A stretch of DNA of 64,000 nt from Candidatus Thalassarchaeaceae archaeon. Lineage in GTDB: Archaea; Thermoplasmatota; Poseidoniia; Poseidoniales; Thalassarchaeaceae. The stretch is from the NCBI GenBank assembly GCA_045568115.1, contig JBJLBO010000005.1:249048-313047 (forward strand), given 5' to 3'. Within the stretch, counting starts at the first letter, position 1, and every line of letters begins with the position of its first letter. The notes beneath the pieces were generated by a model. It had not been told where the DNA came from. It saw only the letters and a list, made by a program, of their open reading frames with translations, and searched no databases. The position numbers were made by a program, and so were the translations under genes. Shown piece by piece: positions 9,445 to 19,127 of the stretch.

Positions 9445-11409
9445 TCACTCTATACTGATTCCGCGATTACGTGCATCCTCAGCCTGAGCATCGGCTCGAC
9501 CTGCATCTACATCGACATAGCGCATCATCACAGTACCTATGATAATCAAAACACACAGACTGGCAACACCTACTCGACTGTCATAAGCCACTGTCATTAT
9601 TCCATAAATCATCGGACCTAACAATGCTGCAACCTTTCCAAAGAAGCCGAAGAAGCCGAAGAATTCGGCACTTCGAGTTTCAGGGACCATCTGTCCAAAT
9701 AACGATCTCGCTAATCCTTGGGAGCCGCCGAGCAGAGCTCCGGCCATGCACCCTAGTAGAACAAATTGCAAGAACACATTGAACCCTAGGGGTTCCCAAA
9801 CAATCGAGCGAACCTTGTCTGGAATGAAATCGAGAGGGCCATCTCCAAGACTGGTTGGATGTGCTTCGCCCATACCTGTCGAAGTAGACATTGGACCGCC
9901 GTTAACACTGTAACTGAATCGATTATCTTTATCGAATCCGGAATCGAAGAATTGCTGCATCATTTCTGTATCTTGAGTAGTTGTCTCTAAAGATGAATCA
10001 GTAGGATCATTAAATGCCCAGACTACCTTTTGATCATAATTATCATTCTGATGTACAGGTAGTAAAGACAACCATTCGTTGGCCCAATCCTGTTCATCTC
10101 CTTCTACTGCCAACTCTAATTCAAACGCATTGTCCCCAACTGTGATAATATATTGACCCGTATTTTCAATTCGCATCTCTTGCCATTTTGACTGTAAACC
10201 AGATGGGTGACTAGAAGGGTCATATGGGTCAGTTCCTGCGGCTATTTCTTCTTCGTTCGTATACCAGTCTCCATCGATATTGAGTTCATTCTTATCTGAA
10301 TCGGCCAAACCATCCCCATCAGAATCCCAATCGAATTGAACATCATATTCTGAATGATCTGTTAGAGCAAGGGGGGCAAATGACATAGCGCCTACAATAA
10401 CAACCACCCAACCAACAAGTGAAAGTGTCAATGCATATTTGGTAGATGTCCTCTCTGCTAGTTTTGTGAATAATATAGCACATGGAGCAGCAACAAATTG
10501 TATGACAAGGATTGTTGTGATTAGGGCCGTGGTTGTCAAACCTAATACCGTAATCCCGTAAATCCCAGCAAGTGCAGTTACAGAATTAATACCATCAATG
10601 AAGAAGAAGTATGCTAGCATGTAGACAAATAGTGTCTTGAATCTATCAACTTGACCAAACGTCTTGCGTAGTTCACTAAAAGCGAGTCTAGCAGAATCTG
10701 CTACTCCAAGACTCTCCATTTCATTTTCAATAGGAGGTTCGGGCACATGCTTGAATGTGAGTAAAGCAAAACCCATCCACCAAGCACCCGAAGATGCCAT
10801 TACAAACGGAATTACCCAGTCTGGGTTAGAACCATTTTCATCAACAATCATCATGACCATTACTAGGTGAATGAGTAAAAGGAGTCCACCACCTAGATAT
10901 CCATAGGCGAAGGCCTTGTTTGATATGCCATCCATCTCATCATCAGTCCCCATATGTGGAAGAAGCGCATTGTAGAACACTCCGGCACCATTCAATCCAA
11001 TATTTGCGAGAAGGAACATGATGAATATCCATACCCATTGCATTGAGATATCAAAAACTGGAGCAAAAGCAAGAGCAAATGTTGAACCTGCTCCCAAGTA
11101 AGTGAGTATCCTTAACCACCACATTTTGATTGCACGCCGATCAGCAATAACACCCAAAGATGGGCTAGCGATTGCGACTAGTAATGCAGCGATGGTTACA
11201 GCAAACGACCAAACGGCATCTCTAGTCATATCTAAACCAAGAATTTCGGTTTCCAATCCGTTGGCTTTCAGAAATAGGTAAGCGAACCAAGCAGGCAATA
11301 CTGCTGTTGTTACTGAAGTCTCAAAGGATGATTTCGCCCAATCATAGAAGGCGTATCCACGTACTGCTTGCGGGTCTGATGCTCGGTCTAATTCTACTGT
11401 CTCGGACAT
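9445..11409 (-). CDS. MFS transporter (UMF1/Atg22-like) with about 190-aa acidic extracellular insertion
   Basis: YDWA-x-S, FYNALLP, GYLGG, GGSQGLARS, EFFGFF motifs. Start taken at MSETV (11409). Confidence 0.88.
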   Translation of the reverse strand: MSETVELDRASDPQAVRGYAFYDWAKSSFETSVTTAVLPAWFAYLFLKANGLETEILGLDMTRDAVWSFAVTIAALLVAIASPSLGVIADRRAIKMWWLRILTYLGAGSTFALAFAPVFDISMQWVWIFIMFLLANIGLNGAGVFYNALLPHMGTDDEMDGISNKAFAYGYLGGGLLLLIHLVMVMMIVDENGSNPDWVIPFVMASSGAWWMGFALLTFKHVPEPPIENEMESLGVADSARLAFSELRKTFGQVDRFKTLFVYMLAYFFFIDGINSVTALAGIYGITVLGLTTTALITTILVIQFVAAPCAILFTKLAERTSTKYALTLSLVGWVVVIVGAMSFAPLALTDHSEYDVQFDWDSDGDGLADSDKNELNIDGDWYTNEEEIAAGTDPYDPSSHPSGLQSKWQEMRIENTGQYIITVGDNAFELELAVEGDEQDWANEWLSLLPVHQNDNYDQKVVWAFNDPTDSSLETTTQDTEMMQQFFDSGFDKDNRFSYSVNGGPMSTSTGMGEAHPTSLGDGPLDFIPDKVRSIVWEPLGFNVFLQFVLLGCMAGALLGGSQGLARSLFGQMVPETRSAEFFGFFGFFGKVAALLGPMIYGIMTVAYDSRVGVASLCVLIIIGTVMMRYVDVDAGRADAQAEDARNRGISIE

Positions 11410-11515
11410 GGTGCTACCTAGACCTCGGTATACGAGAGGGGGTTTGAGCATTGGGGAGAGAGTAAGATAAGATTGGGAGTGTGTTTTTGGGCTGTTTTGT
11501 TCTCGCACATATGTC

Positions 11516-12622
11516 ATGGCTTGGCAGCAACCACCTGAGAACTCAGTCGCGGCCCTCGAACATGGCATGCTATTTTCAGACGGAGTAGAATTCGATTTGA
11601 AAATGAGTAGGGACGGAGACTTGGTGATTTTCCATGACGACTTATTGCCAAATGGTAAATCAAAAAGAGATAGATGTATCGAATTACTAGGAACTGATGA
11701 ATTGAAATCAATTGGTATTCCGACATTTGATGAATTGCTAGCGAGTAGAAAGTTCACAGACTCATGGCAAGAAGGAGGGAAAACTGCTTGTATAGAATTC
11801 AAAATGCCCCACCCGGTTTCAAAGAAAAAACATGAATCATATATTGCTAAAATGATGGAATTAATTGAAAATAAACTTGAACCGCTAGAACTACCTGAGA
11901 GGTCTACAGTCATCTACAGTTTCTCTCCAAAAATTGCATCCGTTGCTAAATCCAATGAATTCAAATTTCCAATTACAAGACTCATGCCACACCTCAGACC
12001 CTGGGGAGTTTGGAGAATTAAGAGGATGATGGGAATGCCTCATTTTGCTCGAACAACCGTGTCATCAATGATCAGACATTCTAGAAAGAACGAAATGCCA
12101 GCAATCGGGCTTGCTCTGGAATTCTTGAATGGATGGACAAGATGGATTAGTCCTGGAATTCCATTAGGCCTCAAAGGAGCAGCTCTAAGTCGGCTAAACA
12201 AGAAAAGAGCAGGGATGGGGGCATTTGTTTGGCCTGCACCACTAGAACTTGAGGATTTGATGTTAGATGCGGGATTATCTTTAGTCACGGACCATATGAA
12301 CCCAGATGTGCTGACAAAACCTGATGGGAGTATTCGTTGGATGCGTCCGGCAAGTCAACCATTAGATGACGAATGGAGGAGAATTCTGGATTCGGCAACT
12401 GATTCAGAGCGCCCGGATCTTTTCAAAGAAGCTTCTCATTCTCTGCCAAAATGGAGCGAAATAGATGATTTACGCAGAAATTCAATAGTAATAGAACAAG
12501 GTAATAGAATGCACTGGTCTGGTTCAGAAGAAAGTTGGGTTAAACAAGCAGAACGGGGAGTTCCTTGGGGGAGTCCTAGAATCATTGGTCATAGAGGAGC
12601 AGGGAAAACACATAGTAAATGA
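11516..12622 (+). CDS. Glycerophosphodiester phosphodiesterase family, apparently circularly permuted
   Basis: PENS, VEFDL, RDG-x-LVIFHD, IPTFDE, IEFK, VTDH motifs; IIGHRG lies at the extreme C-terminus. Confidence 0.85.
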   Translation: MAWQQPPENSVAALEHGMLFSDGVEFDLKMSRDGDLVIFHDDLLPNGKSKRDRCIELLGTDELKSIGIPTFDELLASRKFTDSWQEGGKTACIEFKMPHPVSKKKHESYIAKMMELIENKLEPLELPERSTVIYSFSPKIASVAKSNEFKFPITRLMPHLRPWGVWRIKRMMGMPHFARTTVSSMIRHSRKNEMPAIGLALEFLNGWTRWISPGIPLGLKGAALSRLNKKRAGMGAFVWPAPLELEDLMLDAGLSLVTDHMNPDVLTKPDGSIRWMRPASQPLDDEWRRILDSATDSERPDLFKEASHSLPKWSEIDDLRRNSIVIEQGNRMHWSGSEESWVKQAERGVPWGSPRIIGHRGAGKTHSK

Positions 12623-13792
12623 TTACTCTAGTCTTCTATGTGGTTGATTCTTTGCGATGTATTTTGGTCGATAGATTGGTGTCCCACGCCCATCTCTTGC
12701 ATTTCTCTCATCCATTATTTGAGCACAAATTCCTGCAACTCGAGCCCAACCGAAGAATGTGGTGAAATACTCTGGTTTACGGAATCCTATTGCATAAAGG
12801 AGAGAACCGCTACCTAAATCGACATTCGGATACGGGTTCTTTATTTTGGGATGCTCCATGAGTATCGGTGGAACAACTTCTCTCAGAGTCTTAACAATCT
12901 TGTAGTTTTCATCATCGGGGCAAACTTCTGTACCCAATCCAATAAGTAGCCGAGCACGTGGATCTTCGGCTCTTAAAACGCCATGTCCGAAACCGAAAAT
13001 TGGGCGTTTAGCAGCCAACTCCGCTCGGACAAAGGCTTCTACTTCATCTGGATCAGAGGTCCCTATTCTCTGAACAAACTCAAGGCAAGCTTGGTTTGCT
13101 CGGCCATGAAGGGGACCCGAAAGAGCGTTCATTGCTGAAGCGATTGAGGCATAGACTGTCGCTCGACCACTGGCAACGGCCTTACCTGTAAAAGTGGATA
13201 AATTACCACCTCCATGATCTAGGTGTAGAATAAAAAAGAAACGAAGAACTCTATTCATTCTCTCAGCCTCATCCCCTGTCATGCCCAACATGTGAACGAA
13301 ATTTTCTACTAATCCAAGTTCGGGCCGACTAGGTTGGAGATTCTCTTTCTTTCCATCACGGAGCAAGAAAATACGAGCCATTAATTCCGGCATTCGAGCA
13401 ATCAGATTCATCGAATCTGTGCGTACATCACCCGTTGTATCAGCAGCCCCAAGAGCCATGATTCCCATTGATAGCCAGTCCATAGGATGCCCGCTACCCG
13501 GAGTAAGAGATTCAAGAACTCTTAGAGCCCCAGTTGGCATATCCATAGCTCGATGAGCCAACTCTGTTCGAAATGCTTCAGACTCTTCTTCAGTTGGAAG
13601 TCTCTTGTTCATCAAAAGATAGACTACGTCCTCTTCCTCAAGATTAGCGAGATCCTCCACAGGATACCCCACATAGTGAACTCCTTCGAGTGGATCAACA
13701 AATGAGGTTCTGCAGGTTCCAACAGGAACACCTCGCATCCCTGAGTCTAGATTTGACTGCTTTATTGTGAACAATGTATCATCCTCAGTCAT
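12623..13792 (-). CDS. gltA: Citrate synthase
   Basis: HLDHGGGN, GPLHG, GFGHGVLR-x-x-DPR, YPNVD motifs. Alternative start at 13807. Confidence 0.92.
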   Translation of the reverse strand: MTEDDTLFTIKQSNLDSGMRGVPVGTCRTSFVDPLEGVHYVGYPVEDLANLEEEDVVYLLMNKRLPTEEESEAFRTELAHRAMDMPTGALRVLESLTPGSGHPMDWLSMGIMALGAADTTGDVRTDSMNLIARMPELMARIFLLRDGKKENLQPSRPELGLVENFVHMLGMTGDEAERMNRVLRFFFILHLDHGGGNLSTFTGKAVASGRATVYASIASAMNALSGPLHGRANQACLEFVQRIGTSDPDEVEAFVRAELAAKRPIFGFGHGVLRAEDPRARLLIGLGTEVCPDDENYKIVKTLREVVPPILMEHPKIKNPYPNVDLGSGSLLYAIGFRKPEYFTTFFGWARVAGICAQIMDERNARDGRGTPIYRPKYIAKNQPHRRLE

Positions 13793-13849
13793 CCCATCTA
13801 CCACCATTCAACCGCACTTGAAAGGGAACCCATCATAATCTCATCGTAC

Positions 13850-14308
13850 ATGGAGACTGTAGAGGGATGCTGCTTGAGTGAGAGAAATGCAACACCTCAT
13901 GATTCAGATTTACTAGAATGGAATAGTCTTGATGATGAGAAAAAAAAATGGCTAATTGACGGAATTGAACTCTTTGATAATGGAGATTTTTGGCACGCAC
14001 ATGAGTCTTGGGAGGAATTATGGAAATACCTCAAGACGTTGGAACGTCCTAATGAAACTGATGCGATTCAGGGAATTATTCAAATTTCGGCCCTGCTTTT
14101 CAATTATGAGAAAAGGAAAATAAGAGGTGTAGTAAATATGGCATCTAAACTAATTAGCAAACTATCGAAAATAGAGCATGGGATTTGGGGTATTGATGTC
14201 GCTCAATTAAGAGTAGACCTAATCCCATACATTAGAGACGCAGCTAGTGACGAACCAAAATGGGACATAGATACAAAGAAAATTAAAATTAACTCTCAAA
14301 ATAGATAA
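13850..14308 (+). CDS. DUF309 family protein
   Basis: F-x-x-G-x-FWHAHE-x-WEELW and QGIIQ motifs. Confidence 0.8.
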   Translation: METVEGCCLSERNATPHDSDLLEWNSLDDEKKKWLIDGIELFDNGDFWHAHESWEELWKYLKTLERPNETDAIQGIIQISALLFNYEKRKIRGVVNMASKLISKLSKIEHGIWGIDVAQLRVDLIPYIRDAASDEPKWDIDTKKIKINSQNR

Positions 14309-14373
14309 TAATGTTGATTTCAGGTATTTTTTGGGGCGCAACGGTCATATTTCAAGCGCATCGCGAAGGGACG

Positions 14374-14988
14374 ATGGCAGGATGGCGTGAGTTCGTTGAA
14401 GAACTCGACGAGGAACATCGATTGATGTTAGAGGGAGGGGCCTTAAGCCGTATGTTCCTTGGCTATCCAATGACCGTTTGTCATCCGGTCTTTATCGGTG
14501 CGTTATACGGAATCCTAACCTCCTTTACACTCATTCTCCCATTTGCATATGCGGGTTGGATGGATTCAGTCGCAATGAATCAAATCGCAAATGAATGGGG
14601 AGTAATGGCAATTTTTGTGATTACAATTTCTGCTATACTTGGCGGGACATCTCTCTTGATTTCTCAAATTATGAAAAGACCCCCGATTCGGTTAGAAAAT
14701 AGACGTCGTTATCTGTTTCCATTTCCATTTATTGGTTTGGTAATTATCACCTTTTCTATGGTAAATGACATCAATCCGATTATTACTCAAATAGGATGGA
14801 TTTGTGCAATTTTACCCGGTCCACTCTACGTCCATCTCTCTTATGCACCACGCTGGAGAATTCTTGATAGAATTGACAGAGGGTTGCAACCCTTTGAAGG
14901 AATGTCCAGAACAATAGATCCTATACCAAAGAATGAAGAAGAGCAGGAATCTGATGAACAAGTCGATGAAGTGGTCGATGAAGTATAG
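14374..14988 (+). CDS. Hypothetical integral membrane protein (about 4 TM)
   Basis: Hydrophobic segments and acidic tail; start uncertain (14311 or 14374). Confidence 0.7.
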   Translation: MAGWREFVEELDEEHRLMLEGGALSRMFLGYPMTVCHPVFIGALYGILTSFTLILPFAYAGWMDSVAMNQIANEWGVMAIFVITISAILGGTSLLISQIMKRPPIRLENRRRYLFPFPFIGLVIITFSMVNDINPIITQIGWICAILPGPLYVHLSYAPRWRILDRIDRGLQPFEGMSRTIDPIPKNEEEQESDEQVDEVVDEV

Positions 14989-16179
14989 TCAGATTAATCC
15001 TAATTTTGGACCTACTTTCTCAAAAATACGTAGGACTTCCTCAAGATCATCTCGAGTAAGACCTGCTGATATTTGTGTGCGTATGCGAGCTGCATCCCTA
15101 GACACCATCGGGAAGACAATGGCGCCTGCCATCACCCCTTCTTTTGCTAATTCTGTAGACATCTCCTTAGCAATAGTAGATTCACCGCACATTACTGGAA
15201 TAATTGGTGTTTCAGACTTACCCGTGTCAAAACCCAAATTCTGAAGTTCTCCACGGAAATAATTCGTATTATCCCAGAGTCTAGAATGATGCTCAGGTTC
15301 ACTCATCAATACCTCAACTGCGGCTTTTTGTGCTGCAGCCACACCAGGGGGCTGACTACCGGATAATAGCCATGAGCGAGAATGATTCAAGGCATGAGTG
15401 CGAACATCGCTTGAACCAGCTACAATTCCACCTTGAACACCTAGAGCCTTAGAAAAAGAACCGATTTCGAAGTCAACTTTTCCTTGGAGTTTGAAGTGAT
15501 CTACAATTCCCGCTCCTGTTTCTCCAAGCACACCTTCACCATGACAATCGTCAACATAGACCATCGCCCCATAATTTTCAGCTAACTCGGCGATTTCATC
15601 TAAGGGTGCAATATCTCCATCCATAGAGAAAACACCATCAGTAATAATCAATTTACGCTCAGCATCATGATGTTCCTTTAGTACAGATTCTAAGGCACCC
15701 ATATCATTGTGAGAATATACTCCTCGCTGAGCCTTTGTTAGTCGAACACCATCTATAATTGAACCGTGATTTAACTCATCACTAATGATCACATCTTGTT
15801 TACCCTGAACTAATGTCGGAATCAATCCAACATTTGCCGTATAACCGGCAGAATAAATCAGAGAGGCTTCAACACCTTTGAATTCAGCAACTTTTTTTTC
15901 AGCTTCAAGATGTATGTCCATGGTACCTGCGATAGCACGAACAGAACCACTACCAGCACCATACTTCTGTGTAGCATTAATCATCGCGGCGATTACCTTT
16001 GGATGATTTGTGAGGTTCAGATAGTTGTTAGCAGATAGCATAATTGTCGAACGCCCATTCATCACACAGCGGGGTTCATTGGCCGTCTCCAGTATAGGTG
16101 GGTTCCAGTCTAGACCTTGACTTCTCAAAGCCGCATACCTCTCTTTCATCCACGAGGTGTCACCAGTCACATGCCCCAC
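14989..16179 (-). CDS. kbl: Glycine C-acetyltransferase / 8-amino-7-oxononanoate synthase family PLP enzyme
   Basis: ANNYL, SDELNHGSIIDG, DGVFSMDG, DDCHGEG, GSFSKALG motifs. Confidence 0.85.
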   Translation of the reverse strand: MGHVTGDTSWMKERYAALRSQGLDWNPPILETANEPRCVMNGRSTIMLSANNYLNLTNHPKVIAAMINATQKYGAGSGSVRAIAGTMDIHLEAEKKVAEFKGVEASLIYSAGYTANVGLIPTLVQGKQDVIISDELNHGSIIDGVRLTKAQRGVYSHNDMGALESVLKEHHDAERKLIITDGVFSMDGDIAPLDEIAELAENYGAMVYVDDCHGEGVLGETGAGIVDHFKLQGKVDFEIGSFSKALGVQGGIVAGSSDVRTHALNHSRSWLLSGSQPPGVAAAQKAAVEVLMSEPEHHSRLWDNTNYFRGELQNLGFDTGKSETPIIPVMCGESTIAKEMSTELAKEGVMAGAIVFPMVSRDAARIRTQISAGLTRDDLEEVLRIFEKVGPKLGLI

Positions 16180-16246
16180 AATAGTGGTACGTTGATGATT
16201 TCATCGCTCCCGACGACTCTTTCAGCCAATCTGTTTTCGCAGAGTC

Positions 16247-17137
16247 ATGGAGGGCTCACCGCAGATTCGTAGCCCCTCCTTTACCATTCTAGGAACTGGC
16301 CAAGACGGGGGCATCCCCCAGGCCGGTTGTAGTTGTCCAAATTGTATAGCAGCACACTCAGAAAAACAACTCGCACGCTATCCTGTCGCAGCAGGTGTGA
16401 GTACAGGACATGGAGAACATATACTATTGGAAGCAAGTAGGGCTCTACCACATCAACTGATGATTTGGGGGGATAAACAAGAATTAGAATGCCCCATAAT
16501 ACCTACACACCTTGCTCTAACCCATGTTCATCTAGGACATATAGAAGGAATTGGACAGTTCGGTAAAGAGGCAATGGGTGTAAAAAATGTCAAACTCATT
16601 GCCTCAGATAAGGTTCTATATTTCCTCTCAAAAAGAGGTGCACTCACTCCCTTCAAACCCTTACCATTCGATAATAAAATCCACACTACTGGTTTCACTA
16701 GCGAATTAGTTGATATTGAATTCATTAGAGTACCTCATCGTGATGAAAATTCAGATACACATGCAATCTTAGTTTCTGGGCCAAAAAATAGAATCTTATT
16801 CCTTCCAGATCATGATGATTGGAAAGACACACTTGCTTTGCACAATTTTGACAATATTAGAGATTGGTTTAGAACTTTAGAAATATCTCATGCCTTCATT
16901 GATGCTACCTTCTGGGATACTAATGAATTACAAGGAAGGAATATGTCCGATGTACCCCATCCGACTGTTACAGAAACACTAGAAATGTTAGGAGAAAGAA
17001 AAGATGATGATCCTGAAATTCATCTATTCCACCTGAATCATACTAATCCTCTAAACAACCCTAGTAGTAACCAGCGAGCCACAATTGAGCAAATGGGTTG
17101 GAATGTTGCAGAACGTGGATGGACAATTGAGTTGTAA
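16247..17137 (+). CDS. PqqB/PhnP-like metallo-beta-lactamase fold protein
   Basis: LGTGQDGGIPQAGCSCPNC, THVHLGH, VPHRDE, PHP, HLNHTNP motifs. Confidence 0.8.
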   Translation: MEGSPQIRSPSFTILGTGQDGGIPQAGCSCPNCIAAHSEKQLARYPVAAGVSTGHGEHILLEASRALPHQLMIWGDKQELECPIIPTHLALTHVHLGHIEGIGQFGKEAMGVKNVKLIASDKVLYFLSKRGALTPFKPLPFDNKIHTTGFTSELVDIEFIRVPHRDENSDTHAILVSGPKNRILFLPDHDDWKDTLALHNFDNIRDWFRTLEISHAFIDATFWDTNELQGRNMSDVPHPTVTETLEMLGERKDDDPEIHLFHLNHTNPLNNPSSNQRATIEQMGWNVAERGWTIEL

Positions 17138-17181
17138 TACCTCATGCTGATGCTTATTTGTGATAGGCAACACGCGGCTTC

Positions 17182-17616
17182 ATGAACTTCTCGGGAGCAG
17201 TCTCAAGTGGACTCGGAAGAGCCCATGTCTTCATGGCCCAAACTCACTACCAAGAGCAGTTCAAATCAATTCTTGGAAGTGGTGCTTGGCCTGGGACATT
17301 AAATGTTGATTTGGACCAGGAAGACCTCTTAAAATACCAAAATCTACGAGTAATTGCTGGGCTCGATGAAGGTGAAGTTGTAAATGGTCCAGAGGGAATA
17401 AGAATTGCTGGTTTTGAGAGAGATGGAAAATCATTTGGAGGGGCTACTGCTTTTACTAGTGAGATTTCAATTAATCAAGAGAATTGGATTTCTTGCGCCG
17501 TTCTGATTCCTGATTTAACTCGCCACACCAAAACTGCTGAAATAATCTCAAGTTCTTTCCTACGAGAGATCCTACCTTGTATGGATGGTGAAAGAGTGTG
17601 GCTTAAATTTAATTAA
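17182..17616 (+). CDS. ribK: CTP-dependent riboflavin kinase (no HTH domain)
   Basis: G-x-VSSGLG, PGTLNV, P-x-x-TRH...EII motifs. Confidence 0.8.
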   Translation: MNFSGAVSSGLGRAHVFMAQTHYQEQFKSILGSGAWPGTLNVDLDQEDLLKYQNLRVIAGLDEGEVVNGPEGIRIAGFERDGKSFGGATAFTSEISINQENWISCAVLIPDLTRHTKTAEIISSSFLREILPCMDGERVWLKFN

Positions 17617-18481
17617 GCAACTTTAGCCATTCTCTCTCTAACAAATACGAAGCCTCAAACTTTGCCAATGACCTCCAACGAATTCTCTGTCGCGAGCCCT
17701 CCGGGGGTCTAATGAATACATCAGCTGAAGGTAAACCTGAATCTTTCATTGGAAAATTTGGGTGACTTATTGACCATAGAATCAATCCATCAGATGGCGC
17801 TCTTCCAAAGTCAACTTTTGTATTTGGTTCTTCTAGAGCCCTACGTAATTCATCGATAGTTATTCGACCAACAACTACTCCTTCAAATGAAGAAGCTATT
17901 CTTCGGACTTGATTCCAAAGGAAAGACTGTGCTGTGACACTAAATCCCACTACTTCACCATTAGAGTTTAACCAAGGTATGCATGAGTCAATAGTTCGAA
18001 CTGGGTTCCTATCTGAATCCAGTCTACATAGATTAGTAAAATTATGTTCGCCCACTATTATTGAGCAGGCCTCAGCAAACAAATCTACATCAACTTCTGA
18101 AGGCCAAAACTGCATAATCTCAGTTCGATATAAGTAAGTCCGTGATATTGCTAAGCGAGGACTCGTACCTTCTGGAACATGACAACCCCCCCAAACAGAC
18201 AATTCTACTGGTGTATGATCATTTAGCGCCTTGGTTAACATTGAGGCCTCAACATTAGAGCCCATTCCATCTGGGAGTTTTATAGTTGCCAAATTCATTC
18301 TAACGTTGACTCCAGCATCAGTTCTACTAGAGATTTCCAAACAACCTTCAGACCACCATTTTAGGCGTCTCAAAGCATGGATTAACTCGCCTTGTACAGT
18401 TCTAACATCATTCTGTATCTGAGAACCATGAAAGGATCCTCCATGATAACCGAAGGCGACCATGAAGAGGTCGCTAGACAA
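17609..18481 (-). CDS. truA: tRNA pseudouridine synthase TruA
   Basis: F-x-GSQ-x-Q...TVQ, SRTDAGV, GEHNF, SFLWNQVRRI motifs. Confidence 0.92.
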   Translation of the reverse strand: MSSDLFMVAFGYHGGSFHGSQIQNDVRTVQGELIHALRRLKWWSEGCLEISSRTDAGVNVRMNLATIKLPDGMGSNVEASMLTKALNDHTPVELSVWGGCHVPEGTSPRLAISRTYLYRTEIMQFWPSEVDVDLFAEACSIIVGEHNFTNLCRLDSDRNPVRTIDSCIPWLNSNGEVVGFSVTAQSFLWNQVRRIASSFEGVVVGRITIDELRRALEEPNTKVDFGRAPSDGLILWSISHPNFPMKDSGLPSADVFIRPPEGSRQRIRWRSLAKFEASYLLEREWLKLLN

Positions 18482-18494
18482 TTCGATCCCTCAC

Positions 18495-19043
18495 TCATTC
18501 TTCGAAACCGAGGCACTCTAATGCCTCTTCGACTGAACTGAATCCAAGTCCAAGAAGAGCAAAAGTAACAGCCTCCTTGATGTATTCTTGAGCAATAGGA
18601 GTACTGCGGTCGAAGTTTGTCTTCAAATCAATGGCATCAATAAGTCCACGCGCCGCTTCATACAAATGGAATGAAACATCTACTTCATCAGATGCCTTAC
18701 CAATTTCAACCAATTTGTGTAGTTGGCGAACGGCCATTGGAATTCTATCAAACTCAACCAGAGCATTGGCGTATGCTGCATTATAATCCGCATTATCAGG
18801 TGCTAAGCCTGCTGCTTTACGGAAATATGCTGCAATCTGTCCCTCATTTATTCGGTCATTCCCCTTATCGTCTAGATTACCATTCTCTTGAATATCGAAT
18901 AGAGCTGCTTCCGCCCAACCATGATATCCAGCGGGGTCGTCTCGATTTGCTGCAATGTATTGATCAAATACGTTCATAGCGCCCATATAATCACCAACAG
19001 TGATTAGTTGAGCGGCCTCAGTAATTACATCCTCTTGACTCAT
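18495..19043 (-). CDS. TPR-like helical repeat protein
   Basis: TPR-like patterns (YFRKAAGLAPDNADY). Start taken at MSQEDV. Confidence 0.65.
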   Translation of the reverse strand: MSQEDVITEAAQLITVGDYMGAMNVFDQYIAANRDDPAGYHGWAEAALFDIQENGNLDDKGNDRINEGQIAAYFRKAAGLAPDNADYNAAYANALVEFDRIPMAVRQLHKLVEIGKASDEVDVSFHLYEAARGLIDAIDLKTNFDRSTPIAQEYIKEAVTFALLGLGFSSVEEALECLGFEE

Positions 19044-19127
19044 TGTGATTCCTCGGGTAACTGCTCGGTAGAAGTTAGTTATGAACGGTGCGGCCCAATC
19101 ACCCGTGTTTAATCTCAATATTCGGCT

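Noticed and set aside
11410-11913. 168-aa N-terminal extension of the MFS ORF in the ORF track
   Set aside because: It lies antisense to the well-supported GDPD gene and has shadow-ORF composition; MFS similarity starts at MSETV.
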